Shown: positions 12,601-24,429 of the stretch, piece by piece | Numbering within the stretch: position 1 is the stretch's first letter | How the letters are laid out: each line of letters starts with the position of its first letter | Source: Centroscyllium fabricii | Lineage: Eukaryota | Reading direction: 5' to 3' | NCBI GenBank assembly: GCA_051313645.2 | Contig: JBNRSN020000029.1 | Coordinates: forward strand, 20,026,001 to 20,090,000 | DNA: 64,000 bases | Made by a program: the position numbers and the translations under genes | Notes under the pieces: model-generated | Told to the model about the DNA's origin: nothing | Databases searched by the model: none | What the model saw: the letters and a program-made list of their open reading frames with translations, nothing else

Positions 12601-13199
12601 TCTGAACCTAGCCTCACGTCCACTTAACTGCCCACTTACAGTGACCCCTAATTCCATTTACTTGCAATAAACTGTCTTTCTCGGTTTTAAATTATTCAAA
12701 GTGATAGGTTCAATATCATTTGTTTTGCTACTCCGCCCTTGTCCAGTTGTGCCAATCAAAAGGTCTCAGCCTGTTGTTAAGCTCAGGTAAATCACATTAT
12801 TCCCGCGTTGTTGACGGGCAACATGGTCGTTAGATTTTCATCTTTCCCCTTCCAAGTAACATTTATTTCATGGATTGGCAACCCATTGTGGATTCACACA
12901 AATTTTATTTCCAATGAAATCAATGGTGCTCAAAATCAAACGGTTTCTACAAGGCAGTTAATATCTGCAACTCCAGCTTCATGGTGTAATTTGCAAATCG
13001 AACACAATGTAATGTAACATGAGAAACCAAGTTGGCCTACTCAATTAATATTGCAACTTTCCATTAAAGTAATTCATGTTACGTCCTGGAACATGGATTA
13101 CTTAAATTATATCACATTGGGGATACCCAGAGATATTTAATTATGCTTAAATATATTGAATCCTTGTGGCAATAATGAACTGCAATGTGATACTAGAGT

Positions 13200-13430
13200 T
13201 AAGGCGACAGCAGATTGGGAAAGGATATATATAAGCAGCGTGTTTCCTATAGCTGCGCTAGCAAGAATGAGGAGTCATCGATACAAAATTAAATGTAAGA
13301 GAATTAGAGCAAATTGCAGCAGAACATTCTGTTCATAATGGGTTGTAAGACTTTGCAACTCAGTTGAAGGGTTAGTGTTTGAGGCCTCAAGAGTGCCAAC
13401 ATTCAAGTCTAAATTGGACAGGTGAATAAT
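13200..13430 (+). mobile_element. Old CR1 ORF2 C-terminal fragment
   Basis: RMRSHRYKIKCKRIR followed by degenerate F..RVV.L.N.. and FKSKLDR motifs. Confidence 0.55.
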
Positions 13431-13926
13431 GGAATATCACACAATACTCATCTGGTAGGTGTAGAGTTTCAGTCCAGTAACAGACACGACTTGAGGTTTA
13501 CGAACTCTTGAAAATGTCTGAAGTGTCTTTGGAAAGAACAGACATTGAGCGTTCTAATTATCTGGTCCAACACCATGAAGGCGATGAACACGTTTATTCA
13601 ACCTAATCAGTCTATTTGGTGAACATTTCAATTTCACGTTACATGTTGACAGTTCGCAATTTGAGAGCAAAATATCAGGTCAGGCATGAATTACCTCTGA
13701 AAAGATCAAACACCCGTGGCATAATTTGAAAGATTCGCCAGTGGATGGGAACAGTTAACGATTTCAACAGATAACTGCGCATGTTTCTGATGGAACGAGG
13801 AGGATGAGCGGAAACCTACAGATATATTTCTGAATTTATTTTCTAAATTTTCTGTAGAAAATGTTGTATGTTTGATCCAATCCTAAAAGGCTTGTCTTAC
13901 TTTCCAGCAAAAGTTAATATATACCC

Positions 13927-15890
13927 AAAAACAAAATACTGCAGATGCTGAGAATCAAAAACAACAACCGAAAATGCTGGAAATTCTCAGCAGGTCAGGC
14001 AGTAACGTGGAGAGAGAAGCTGAGTTAACATTTCAAGTCCAAGACCCTTCGTCAGAACTGGAAAAAGAACACGGAACTTATTTTTATTCTCCGTTTGCCA
14101 GTCTCTTCTCACCTACATTTCCGATTCTTCCGATGCCCTCCGCCAATTTAACATTTTCCAGTTTACTAGACCCAACTGTCTCCTTTTCACTATAGTCGTC
14201 CAATCCATATGCACCTGTATATGCCACCAGGACGGCCTGAGGACTCTCCGCGTCTTCGTTCAACAGATGTCGAAACAGCCTGCATCAACCACAAAATCCC
14301 TCCAACTGGCTGAACTTGTTGTCACATTGAATGACTTCTCATTTGACTCCAAGCACTTCCTCCTAATTAAAGGTATTGCTATGGGGACACGCAGGGGCCC
14401 TATGTATGCCTGCCTCGACGTGGGATATGTGGAACATTCTTGCTCCAGTCCTAATCAAGTCAACGAACTCTGCACTTTTATGATACATTGATGAATGTAT
14501 TGGTGACATTCCCTGCTCTCGCCTGGAACTAGAACATTTCCTTCACTTTGCTATCAAATTTGACTCTTCCCTTACATTTACATAGTTAATTTCCGAGTCT
14601 ACTCTTTCCTTAATTGACTTCTCTTTCATTTTTTCTGAGGAGAGACTATCGAAAAACATCCTCTATATGCACACTGACTCCCACAGCTACCTGTACTACA
14701 CTTCCTCCCACTATGCTCCATGTAAGGACTTTATTTATTTCTCTAAGTTTCTCCGGCTGCACTGCAACAGTTCGGACGATGTTTAGTCCCACAGCAATTC
14801 CAACGATAAGACTTCCTTTTTCCTCAACTGAGGGTTACCTCTCTGCCATTGTTGACATGGCACTAGAAAGTGTGCATTACATTTCCGCACTTCTGCTCTC
14901 ACACATTACCCTCCCTCACAGAACCACGATATGGTTCCCCTTGTCCTCATATTTTACACCAACAGCCTCCAATACAACGGATCACCATCTGCAATTCCCA
15001 CCACGTCCAGCGCGATCCCACCAATAAAAAAACCTTCTCCTCTCCTTTCAGCATTCCAAGGAGACTGCTCCCTCAAGGACACCCCTGTGCGCACCTCCAT
15101 AATGCGCAAAAACCTTCCAATTCCCACTGCAACTTCCCAAGCAAGCGAGGGTGATGCAACATATGACGTTTCACCGCCTCCCTTCCCACTGGCCAGGCCC
15201 CCAGACACTAATTCCGGAAGGAACGGCGATTCGCTTCTACTTCTTGCAGTTTAGCATACTGTATTCGCTGCTCACGATGCTTTCTCCTCTACACTGCACA
15301 CACCAAACGGAGATTGGCTGACCGCTATGCAGAACACCGTCATTCAATCCAGACACGTGACCCGGACATTCCGGTCACCTGTCGCTTTAATTTTCCCCTC
15401 CACTCCCTCTCTGCTCTCTCCGTCTTCGGCCAATTGCACTGTTCCAACGATACCCAAAGCTATCTCGAGGAACAGCACCTCATTGCGATTCGTCACTTTA
15501 CAGCCTTTTGGACTCAGTATCGATTGCAAAAAATTCAGACTATACCTTAACACCCAGGTTTTCTTTTCTCTCGCACATGACAGCTGCTGATGTTTCTGTC
15601 AATGCCATTTACTCCTCATCCGAGCCATCTTTTGATCCTTAACTAATACCATTTCCATCTCCGCTTGCCTTGCATATAATCAATTTTGAATTTCAAGCTC
15701 TCCAGACTCCCTCCCTTATACAGACTTTCCTTTTTGTTCTTTAATTCCCTTCTTCCTTTCCTTGCCCCACACATGCTTACATACCTGTTACGTTTTCCAG
15801 TGCTGATGAAAGTTCATCGACCCAAAAGGTTAAACCTGCTTCTCTCTCCATGATGCTGCCTGACCTGCTTAGTGATTCCAGCATTGTCAG
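13927..15890 (+). mobile_element. Penelope-like retroelement (RT + GIY-YIG endonuclease), degenerate, with inverted terminal repeat
   Basis: RT motifs LAELVVTLNDFSF...KGIAMGT and YID(E) near 14484; GIY-YIG region YCIRCSRC..LY...TKRRLADRYAEH at about 15258-15340. The segment 13927-14065 is an inverted copy of the 3' terminal repeat at about 15790-15890. Confidence 0.85.
14023..14059 (-). ncRNA. Minimal type I hammerhead ribozyme motif in Penelope-like terminal repeat
   Basis: Minus strand AGTT-CTGACGA-AGGGTC ttg GACTT-GAAA-TGTT-AACT gives the CUGANGA and GAAA core, stem II, and stem I AGTT/AACT. Confidence 0.7.
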
Positions 15891-16063
15891 CGTTGTGTAT
15901 CATTGACCCAGTGAGTTCAGCCTCATACAATATGACATCAATGTTAGAGGCCAGAATTCAGCTACCATTGCCTTCAGAGTTTCCTTGCGTACATGTGAAC
16001 TGAACAACTGATGTAAGTTTCGGACAGATATTATTGCATTTTACTTCTGTGAAGTCATTTGAC

Positions 16064-16968
16064 TTATTTGATTACATGAGTAAGTATGGAGATGGGATGC
16101 TTAATCAAATTCTTAAACTCTTCTCTGAATTTATTCTGTGACACGGCATATATAACCGTGTTTGTGCATGAACTCAGGTTTCCAAGCATATACCCACACT
16201 GTTCCATAATAGCGAAGGAGTCGTTATAGTTTGTTTCCAAAAGGTGAACATCTGTAAAGTGCACACATAAGTAATATATGAAAATTACCATCCATAAAAG
16301 TATAAAATTTCCTGAGATGGCGAGCAGTAAAATGATGGATTTTCTTCGGTTCTCTGTCTCTTGGTCGTCGTGATTATCCCCACTTTTGTTACCTTGGAGT
16401 CCTTTCCTCACTCTATTGGACAGTAGAATGTGCCTGGCGGTCAGGCCATTGAGCAGTAAAATCAAAACAAATGGTGCAAATGGGATCAAAATATTTTCCA
16501 ACCACAAATATGCTGCCCATAAAGCTGAGGTATAGAAGCTTGGTATCACAGAGCAGGACCATGGTACATTGTCAATAATTTCCCGAGGTTCATGCACTAA
16601 GTAGATTGGGACATTTTGTAAGCCGCTTAAGGAACACACCACTCCTATAACCACAGCCACAGTTCTTTCGGTGCAATATTTTGTTCGCAAACTTTGGCAA
16701 CAAATAGCAACAAATCGATCAAAGGTGAAAGCCACAGTTAACCATACAGAACAATCTATTGAAAAATAATGCAGGGCGATAAGGAGACTACAAATAGGGG
16801 TATAGTTCAGGAATGAATAAGGGAAATACGCTTCTTTAATCTGTGAGAGAATTACACCAAATACCAAGATCAGTAGATCAGCCACTGCCATGGCCAACAG
16901 GTAACGGGTGATGCATTTGGAGAGGCCGCAGTTTCCACGGTATAAAATCACAATTGTCACCAAATTAG
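16064..16968 (-). CDS. Class A orphan GPCR, GPR139/GPR142-like, exon 2
   Basis: Acceptor tcctttttgcag at 16969-16980. Open frame with LAMAVADLL (TM2), SVWLTVAFTFDRFVAIC (TM3), PFVLILLLN (TM5), KSIILLLAISGNFILLW (TM6), SCTNTVIY (TM7) and KFREE helix 8. Confidence 0.92.
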
Positions 16969-17555
16969 CTGCAAAAAGGAGGAAATGTCATTACTATCTT
17001 TCCTGATATACAAAAGATAATCAATCGACAGCGCATTGTATGAACATCCAAGATTATTTTATGTTGCTCTACAGCGTATCTCGATCTTTCTCCCGCACCA
17101 TTTGACACGATTAGCAATTCCGACAGGATAAATTTCGATATCGAAATACACAACAAAATTGATCTGTGAGGTACTTCAAAAAAAGCAAAAATCTGCTGTG
17201 AAATTCAAGGGTACAGTACAGCTTTCACCGTACCAAACCAGTCCTTTCAGACTGTCGCCCGTAATATAATCTGTCTGATTTTAATTTCCTTTATTTAATC
17301 GGAAAGGAATCTCAGGCTGGGTAGAAGGAGAACGACCGATTTGCCGGTCACAAACACACCATACATATTGTCGTGGATAACTTTGCAACTGCCCTTCCTT
17401 CCTTAAAACCTACATTGCGGATCCACTTGTTGACAATATTAGACGAACAAACCACAACGCAAGTTCTAAACTAACGTCATGTTGAAAATGTCCCCCAACA
17501 TCTCATCATGTAAGTCCTCGTAAATATTCATACAATGGAGATTTCACTGTGCTAA

Positions 17556-17833
17556 TGTTGAGGCCTGCAAGGCTGAAGGACCACGCTGGACACAGAGAGG
17601 TTGAATGCAGAGTTTTTATTAACTACTTGTTACAGCTAGGGCCAGGTAGGGAGAAAGAGAGAGAGCCACCTGGCTCTCAGATATTTAAAGGTCCCGCGGC
17701 TGGGGACGTCACTGCCGGCTGGCCACCTGGTGACGTCATCACGTCGGGGAAGTCCGTGCGTCCTCCGACGGGCGGGGCCGCTTTGCAGCCTTCCCAGCGC
17801 GGGTTCGTGGCTGCCGGTGGGCGTGTCGCCACA
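17556..17833 (-). repeat. 3' LTR of CsRn1-like element
   Basis: Identical to 20457-20734; AATAAA on minus strand at 17615-17620, CRE-like tgacgtca and a GC box. Confidence 0.95.
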
Positions 17834-18041
17834 CAGCTCCCCCCCAGAATCCGCGAGGGGAAGTGTAGTTTCCTAGAGGAGAGGGAGACAAAAAGGAGAG
17901 CAGACAGACATTTCGATTACACACAGAATGTCCGACAGTTTGCCGCAATGGCCTGGTGTTGTGGCCGGCAGGTGTTGTGTGCTGTTCCGTGGTTCGAAAG
18001 ATGGTGTTGTGGCGGGCCGTCTATGCTCTGCCCGTGTCGCC

Positions 18042-20360
18042 TCAGGCGAGGCGCTTAGGTGGCCTGATGGTCCGTCCGGCACGTGTGATGTGTTGCTTGT
18101 TGGTCTGTGTGGGAGTGTGGGCGGGTTTTGGTGCGGTAGGGCGGCCGCGTTTAGGTGGTTGTGCGGGGACTGTTGTCTCGCCCGCCATTATGTGTGCTGG
18201 TTTGAGCCGGTCAATGGATACGGTCTCAGTTCTGTTGCCCATTTGAATGTCAAAAGTCTTGGGTCCCGCCCGAAGCACTCTGAATGGCCCGTCGTACGGT
18301 GCCTGCAGCGGTGCTTTGTGAGAGTCATGGCGGACAAACACGTACTTGGCGTCCTGAATGGTGTTGGGGACGCGTGTCGCCGGTTGACTGTGGCGGGCCA
18401 CCGGAAGTGGTTTGAATTCTGCTGCCTGGTTGTTGAATTCCCTGAGGCAGCGCTCGGCCGACCAGGGTTCGTTTGTTTCTGCGATGAACTCGCCTGGTAC
18501 GGTTAGTGGTTGGCCGTAAACGAGTTCGGCTGCCGAGGCGTGTAGATCTTCTTTGGCCGCTGTGCGGAGGCCGAGCATTACCCAGGGCAGGCGGTCCTTC
18601 CAGGTTGCGTCCTGGAGGCTGGCCCGCAGGGATGTTTTAAAAGTTCGGTGGAACCGTTCGCAGAGGCCGTTGGCTTGCGGGTGGTAGGCAGTGGTTCGGT
18701 GCAGGGTTACCCCAAGGTCGTGAGCGATGGTTGACCATAGAGTTGAAGTGAATTGGGGGCCCCTGTCTGAAGTAATGTCGTTGGGGACGCCGAAGCGGGC
18801 GACCCAGGTGGCGATGAAGGCCCTGGCCAGTTCGGCGGTGGTGTTGAGGGGGACCGCTTCAGGCCAGCGGGTGGTGCGGTCGACCATTGTGAGGAGGTAC
18901 AAGTGTCCACGTGATGGGGGTAGTGGTCCAACCAGGTCGATGTGCACGTGGCTGAAGCGTCTGGCTGGGATGGCGATTGGTTGGAGCGGTGCTTTGATGT
19001 GTTTGTGCACCTTGGCTCGCTGGCAGGCATTGCACGAGGTGGTCCAGGCGCGGACATCTTGTTTTAGGCCGCGCCAAACGAATCGCGCAGAGATGAGTTT
19101 GGTGGATGCGCGGACGCCGGGGTGGGAGAGGCCGTGGAGGGTCTGGAAGATGTGCTGCCTCCACGCGAGGGGCACCACGGGCCTGGGTTGGGGCAGGGTG
19201 AGGAACTCGGCGAGCAGCGTGGCGTACGTGTCGGAGTTGCGGGCCCGGCAGTGAGCTGCCGCGTGGGTCTGGTGTGCTGGGGCTGTGGAGCACGGAATGG
19301 TCGACATGATTTGGATGTCGACCAGGCGGCGCCGGGTAACATCGACAAGGAGCCCGTGGGCGCACAGAAAGTCGGCTCCGAGTAGGGGCGTGTTAACCTG
19401 CGCGGTGATGAAGTCCCACGTATACCTGTGGCCTGCTAGTTTAATGGTAAGCTGGCGGGTACCGAACGTGAGTATCTCGGAGCCGTTTGCGGCTTCGAGT
19501 GGTGGGCCTTGGGTGCCCTGCTTGGATTCTGCGGGGGAGGCTGGCACGATGCTGTGCTGCGCGCCTGTGTCGCAGAGGAAACGGAGGCCTGAGACACTGT
19601 CTGTAACGAAGAGCAGCGCTCCGGAGCGGCCGACGCACATGGTGGGGCTGGGGCAGGTTTGGGGTTTGAAGTTGCAGGGCGGAACGCAGCGCTGCGCTTT
19701 GGCCTCAAACCTGGTATGGTAGTAGCACCAGCCGGTTGCCGCGGTGCGTGGCTTTTTGTGGGTCCGCGCGGCTCTGAGTTGGGGCCGGGGTTGTGGTTGG
19801 TGCTGCTCTTGTTGAGCGGCAGCGTGGCGGTGCATGGTGGCGCGGGTGCGCTCGGCCTTAATGAGCTTGTCTGCCTCCTGAGCTAGCTGCCTGTTTGAGA
19901 GGTGCTCCAAGACCGTCAGTGTCGGTCTGATGGAGGGCGGCAGCTTAAGGAGGTAGAGGGCGCGCTTAAGGGTGTCTGAGTCGCGATTAAGCACCTCGAA
20001 CTGGGCCCACAAGTCGGTGGGGTCTGCATCTCCCAGGTCGGGGAGGTTAATGACCTGGCAATCGCGCTCGAAAATGGTTGGGGTAAATTTTGCGAGCAGC
20101 GCGGCCTTTAGCGATTCGTACCTGCCAGCAGAAGTGTCTTCCTCGATGGTGTCCCACATTCTGTCGATGGTGGACTGTGCGAGGGCTGCGAAGAGCAGGC
20201 TGTAGCGGTCGTCTGCGTGCACGCCATGAATGCGGAAGGTGTTCTCGGTGTTGCGAAACCAAGCCGCTGGACGGAGCTCCCAGAATTGTGGTATGGTTGG
20301 GACCGGGAGGTAAACTTGGCCCCGTCTGCCTTGGCGTGCTGAGTCGGTTGCTGCTGGCAT
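18042..20360 (-). CDS. Gag-protease-integrase polyprotein (772 aa), RT and RNase H absent
   Basis: Gag IPQFWELRPAAWF and CYYH-x9-C-x3-C motif; protease FLCDTGA...LLGADFL; integrase HGLSHPG...CNAC, HIDLVGP, ITSDRGPQF, ANGLCERFH, PYDGPF. No YxDD motif anywhere in the ORF. Confidence 0.93.
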   Translation of the reverse strand: MPAATDSARQGRRGQVYLPVPTIPQFWELRPAAWFRNTENTFRIHGVHADDRYSLLFAALAQSTIDRMWDTIEEDTSAGRYESLKAALLAKFTPTIFERDCQVINLPDLGDADPTDLWAQFEVLNRDSDTLKRALYLLKLPPSIRPTLTVLEHLSNRQLAQEADKLIKAERTRATMHRHAAAQQEQHQPQPRPQLRAARTHKKPRTAATGWCYYHTRFEAKAQRCVPPCNFKPQTCPSPTMCVGRSGALLFVTDSVSGLRFLCDTGAQHSIVPASPAESKQGTQGPPLEAANGSEILTFGTRQLTIKLAGHRYTWDFITAQVNTPLLGADFLCAHGLLVDVTRRRLVDIQIMSTIPCSTAPAHQTHAAAHCRARNSDTYATLLAEFLTLPQPRPVVPLAWRQHIFQTLHGLSHPGVRASTKLISARFVWRGLKQDVRAWTTSCNACQRAKVHKHIKAPLQPIAIPARRFSHVHIDLVGPLPPSRGHLYLLTMVDRTTRWPEAVPLNTTAELARAFIATWVARFGVPNDITSDRGPQFTSTLWSTIAHDLGVTLHRTTAYHPQANGLCERFHRTFKTSLRASLQDATWKDRLPWVMLGLRTAAKEDLHASAAELVYGQPLTVPGEFIAETNEPWSAERCLREFNNQAAEFKPLPVARHSQPATRVPNTIQDAKYVFVRHDSHKAPLQAPYDGPFRVLRAGPKTFDIQMGNRTETVSIDRLKPAHIMAGETTVPAQPPKRGRPTAPKPAHTPTQTNKQHITRAGRTIRPPKRLA

Positions 20361-20456
20361 GGTGGTAGCGATTCGACTGCGGCAGCTTGTCCCTCAGTCC
20401 TGCAGTGGCTGCTTCATTGTTCCCCTGAGAAACGTCTCAGGTATCGGGGTCAGCAG

Positions 20457-20734
20457 TGTTGAGGCCTGCAAGGCTGAAGGACCACGCTGGACACAGAGAG
20501 GTTGAATGCAGAGTTTTTATTAACTACTTGTTACAGCTAGGGCCAGGTAGGGAGAAAGAGAGAGAGCCACCTGGCTCTCAGATATTTAAAGGTCCCGCGG
20601 CTGGGGACGTCACTGCCGGCTGGCCACCTGGTGACGTCATCACGTCGGGGAAGTCCGTGCGTCCTCCGACGGGCGGGGCCGCTTTGCAGCCTTCCCAGCG
20701 CGGGTTCGTGGCTGCCGGTGGGCGTGTCGCCACA
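20457..20734 (-). repeat. 5' LTR of CsRn1-like element
   Basis: Followed on the minus strand by c-TGCTGACCCCGA (PBS-like, 20444-20455). Confidence 0.95.
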
Positions 20735-23700
20735 CTAACATGATTCAGAGAGCAATATTCCATCGCTCTGGTTTCTGGCATCAGGTGAACATTTCTGCCA
20801 GGGGTTGATCACGTGCTTTTCCTCAGGAAATGACAGCAAATTATGATTTCGGAACGATTCGTTGATCATTTGCACAATATAGCAGCAAAGATTTCATTTT
20901 GGATTGTGCCTTAACTATGTAACACCAGAGTCGGTTATATCCCGGCAGCCGGTTAAGTGGTGAGATTAACATGGGGTCCGATCATGGGCAGAGGGAACAT
21001 TAGTGCAATCTCAGAGATATGACTGGTAAAACAGTAAAACCACAGTTATTATTAGAAAAATGGGTTCTGGTATGGATCTGACACGGAGTTTAGAAATGCA
21101 TTTGAAATGTAGTTTTTCTGTAACATCGATGACTATGAATATATACTGGGGGCTCTGAATAGAAAAGCTCTTCTCTGCAATCAAGAGCTTGTTCGTCATG
21201 GGCGGTAATACGCATGATATTCACTTTTTTAGACCAATACATCCTAATATCGGGAGGGACAGCACAAGCGATGCAGAACAAGAATTGCTACATGTAGATA
21301 ATGGTGGGTTCCGGAGTAACTCAAATCACTGCTCAGCTATTTATCACATATCTATTTCAAACTGTAAATTTTAAACGAAGTATAATTATTGACCTCGTTT
21401 TACAACAGGAAATCTGTTCTTTGGCCTGCACCCTAAGCAGAATAATATAAAATTAATTAGCTCTTGTATCAGGTCCAAATCTCTGTTAAAAGCGGATATC
21501 TAAGTTTTGGGAATAGTGCCGATTACAAACCTGGTATTGAAAACTCTTGTCAACATAATGACTACCCATATAACAATCATATCACAATTTAACTATTCCC
21601 TCTTTTGGGCTGCATGTATGACACAATATTACTATTGCCTCCAGTTTTTGTGAATAACAGTATTTTTTCATCTATCACCAGGGAGATTAAAGTCTATAAT
21701 TGATTGTAACTAATTATCGCCTGGTTTATGAAACGAGATTAAACGACTAGTAACAAAGAAAATTATTTTCAACATCACGCCCCTGGCCGAGAATCTGAAG
21801 AACGGTTGGCGAGTAGTCTGCCGGCCATTCAGCCCACTGCTGACTCTCCCCTTCTGTGAGGAATCCACTGAAGTTCTGTGGTAAGTTCAACCATTTAAAT
21901 CATTTCTCACGGATATCCAGGATCATCTGTCCAGGTTTGGATGGCCCGCGAAAATTGTATTGTTGACACACTACTGCTACCATGCACGTTAAACGTGGGG
22001 TAGAATGTAGCCTGAGCTACCTGGGCATCAACCATCGCTTGAGTATGTGGGTAGAAATTGGTATTGGTCCTCAGCGCTTTCGCATGTGACGCCTGTTATA
22101 TGCCTCGCGTGTTAATCAGTTCTGTTGAGTTCAATGGAACTGAAATTCGGACTGGAAGTGAGAGACAGACACGTTATCGCCGATCAACCTCCAAGATGTT
22201 GAAAGGGAAATCTGGCGGCTATTATCACGGATACTAACAGAATCCAATGCTTTTATTTTCCTTTCAAAAATAATGGGCCATGATCTACTGTTTTGTTAGG
22301 GAAGGGTTAGGTTCCGTAGTATTTTCCTTTCCGTGACGATCTCAGAATATGCGGAAAGTCCCGCACGTAAATATTACAAACTATCCTATAATGTGCGGAG
22401 GAATCACCAGGTACATCACCTTGGCATTAGAATTAGAGCATCACAGCATTAGTTGGACTCGATTTAGTATCGCTTGGCTCACATCATTTGCGTAGTCAAT
22501 AATTGACTCCAGCTGAATGCAGTGGGCGGGACCTTGTTCCGAGTGGCAGCCGTTCGACAGATTTGCAATTGCTCGTAAACTTTCACGGTTTTGCACGGGA
22601 AGTCCCTGTCAGCCAACAAGCAATAAAGCGCAGCGCCTTCCACATGGCATCTGGGGCTTTAGTGCACTCGGCGAGCAACTGTGTATCTTATAGCCAATCA
22701 GATTCATGAATCATTTCTGAGAGCATCACCGTTTCTGAACCAGAAGTATTTGATAGAATTCAAGGTCAAACCAGATACAGAAGCGAAAGAAGGAAAGGGA
22801 AACAACAAATCGATTAAGAGCGAGATATTGGTAGTTAAAAGAATCAGAAAGCCAGTGGAAAAAGATATATCCTCTCCAACAAAACGTAATAGAGAAAAAA
22901 TGGGACTCCACACTTTTAATTTTAACTTCAATGCCAGAGACGTTGTTTTGCAGTAAGTAGGATTTAGCATGCCGTTAAAGGGGCACTTCGAATAGAATGG
23001 ACCAGCCGTGCCTTCTCCTGGCGAGTTTAGACCATATATATGGGGCAAGTACAGTAAGATTACTCTGACCATTGCATTTCAATGGTGAAGGAGTACAAAT
23101 GTGGAAATTCAAAGGAGACAAATTGGAGTCCAACATCAGATGATCTGGAGACAGCTTTTACTTTTAAACTGAACATCTAAAGTGATTACCCCCTGCTGTG
23201 AGAGAAAACATATGTCCTGTCCCTGCAGATAAACAACCCCAAAAAATGCCTCTGGTGGGAGGAAACAAATGTCTTGTCCTTACCGATAAGCCACCTTCGT
23301 TAAACAGACAACAAATGGACATGTTATTGATGGTAGGGAAATCACAGTTTGCTACGGAGGCCAGCTAATTGGCAGCCTGTGATTAACTCAGTTTGCAATG
23401 ACAGATTTATTTCGCTCAATTATGGGAAGATTTAGATACGAAAGTAATATTCCTTAATTGCCATGTGACTATTTTTAACTATGTGATTGGATAATTTGTG
23501 TAGAACAATGACTGGTTATAGCAACTATTTTGAGAAGCCTGGCAAAAGTATCCATAAGGTTTTGAGCACTTCTCCCAGAGCTCTGTCAATTATTAAACAG
23601 CAGTTTGTCTATACTATTATGTGTCTGAGTGTAAGTCATTGAATATATGTATTAAGTTGGGTATACGTCGACATTGCTTTACGCTTGGTCCATTCAGGCT

Positions 23701-24429
23701 CTGATTAATTCTCTAACAAATGGTAATGTACACGGCCAGATTTTGATTTCGGGAAGCTCACGGAGAAGCAGTGCATCCCCGACAGCAACATCCATATTTT
23801 AGCGCTTAACTGCGGTTGCGCAGTACCAGAGTGATGTCCAATATGCACATACATAACGTTGATCGCTATTGGCCTCACTATTATTTTTACAACACAATCC
23901 CGCTCATTTTATCAGATCACACAGTCTCAGAATGGTGCCTGCAGGAATGCGATATTAGCGAAAATATTATGACTACTTGCCCGTAGGCAATGAGCAAGTT
24001 CAACACATAGCGGAATTTGTTTTTATCAATTATGCACGGTAGGCTCACGCCACCCATTGTATTTGAAAGGCGAGTCTTTAGGTGAGATGTTATAATTGCG
24101 CAGCCTTTGCAGTTGCAGGACATCATGGACAACAACTTCATGATTTCCGTGTTTAACTGCACACGTGTGGTCACTGGAGTTTTCTGTCCGATTTCAGTAT
24201 AATACGATGAGCGCTGCTAGCATCACAGTTATTACTAGCACATAATACTGCCCAAGAGAGATATGGAAGAAACTTGGAGAATTTTGTTTTGTTTCTTCAA
24301 TGGCAGTAATCAATGCCCGCAAAACATGCACATCAATATAAACAGATGATATGATTGGAACGACTGTGGGAACAGTGATGCTGTTTAGACAGCGGAATAT
24401 ATTAATACTAACAGATTAAAACGTCTTAC

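Larger units (their letters stand above)
17556..20734 (-). mobile_element. Ty3/Gypsy LTR element (CsRn1-like lineage), non-autonomous, lacking RT/RNase H
   Basis: Two apparently identical 278-bp LTRs (17556-17833 and 20457-20734) with TG...CA ends, 4-bp TSD ctaa, PPT ggggggga next to the 3' LTR and a tRNA-Trp-like PBS next to the 5' LTR. Confidence 0.95.

Noticed and set aside
17549-20368. Numerous overlapping alternative-frame and antisense ORFs in the GC-rich Gypsy element
   Set aside because: Expected from high GC and few stop codons; only the 772-aa frame has recognisable domains.
22681-23072. Overlapping 91-122 aa ORFs in the GPCR intron
   Set aside because: No recognisable motifs; consistent with chance ORFs.
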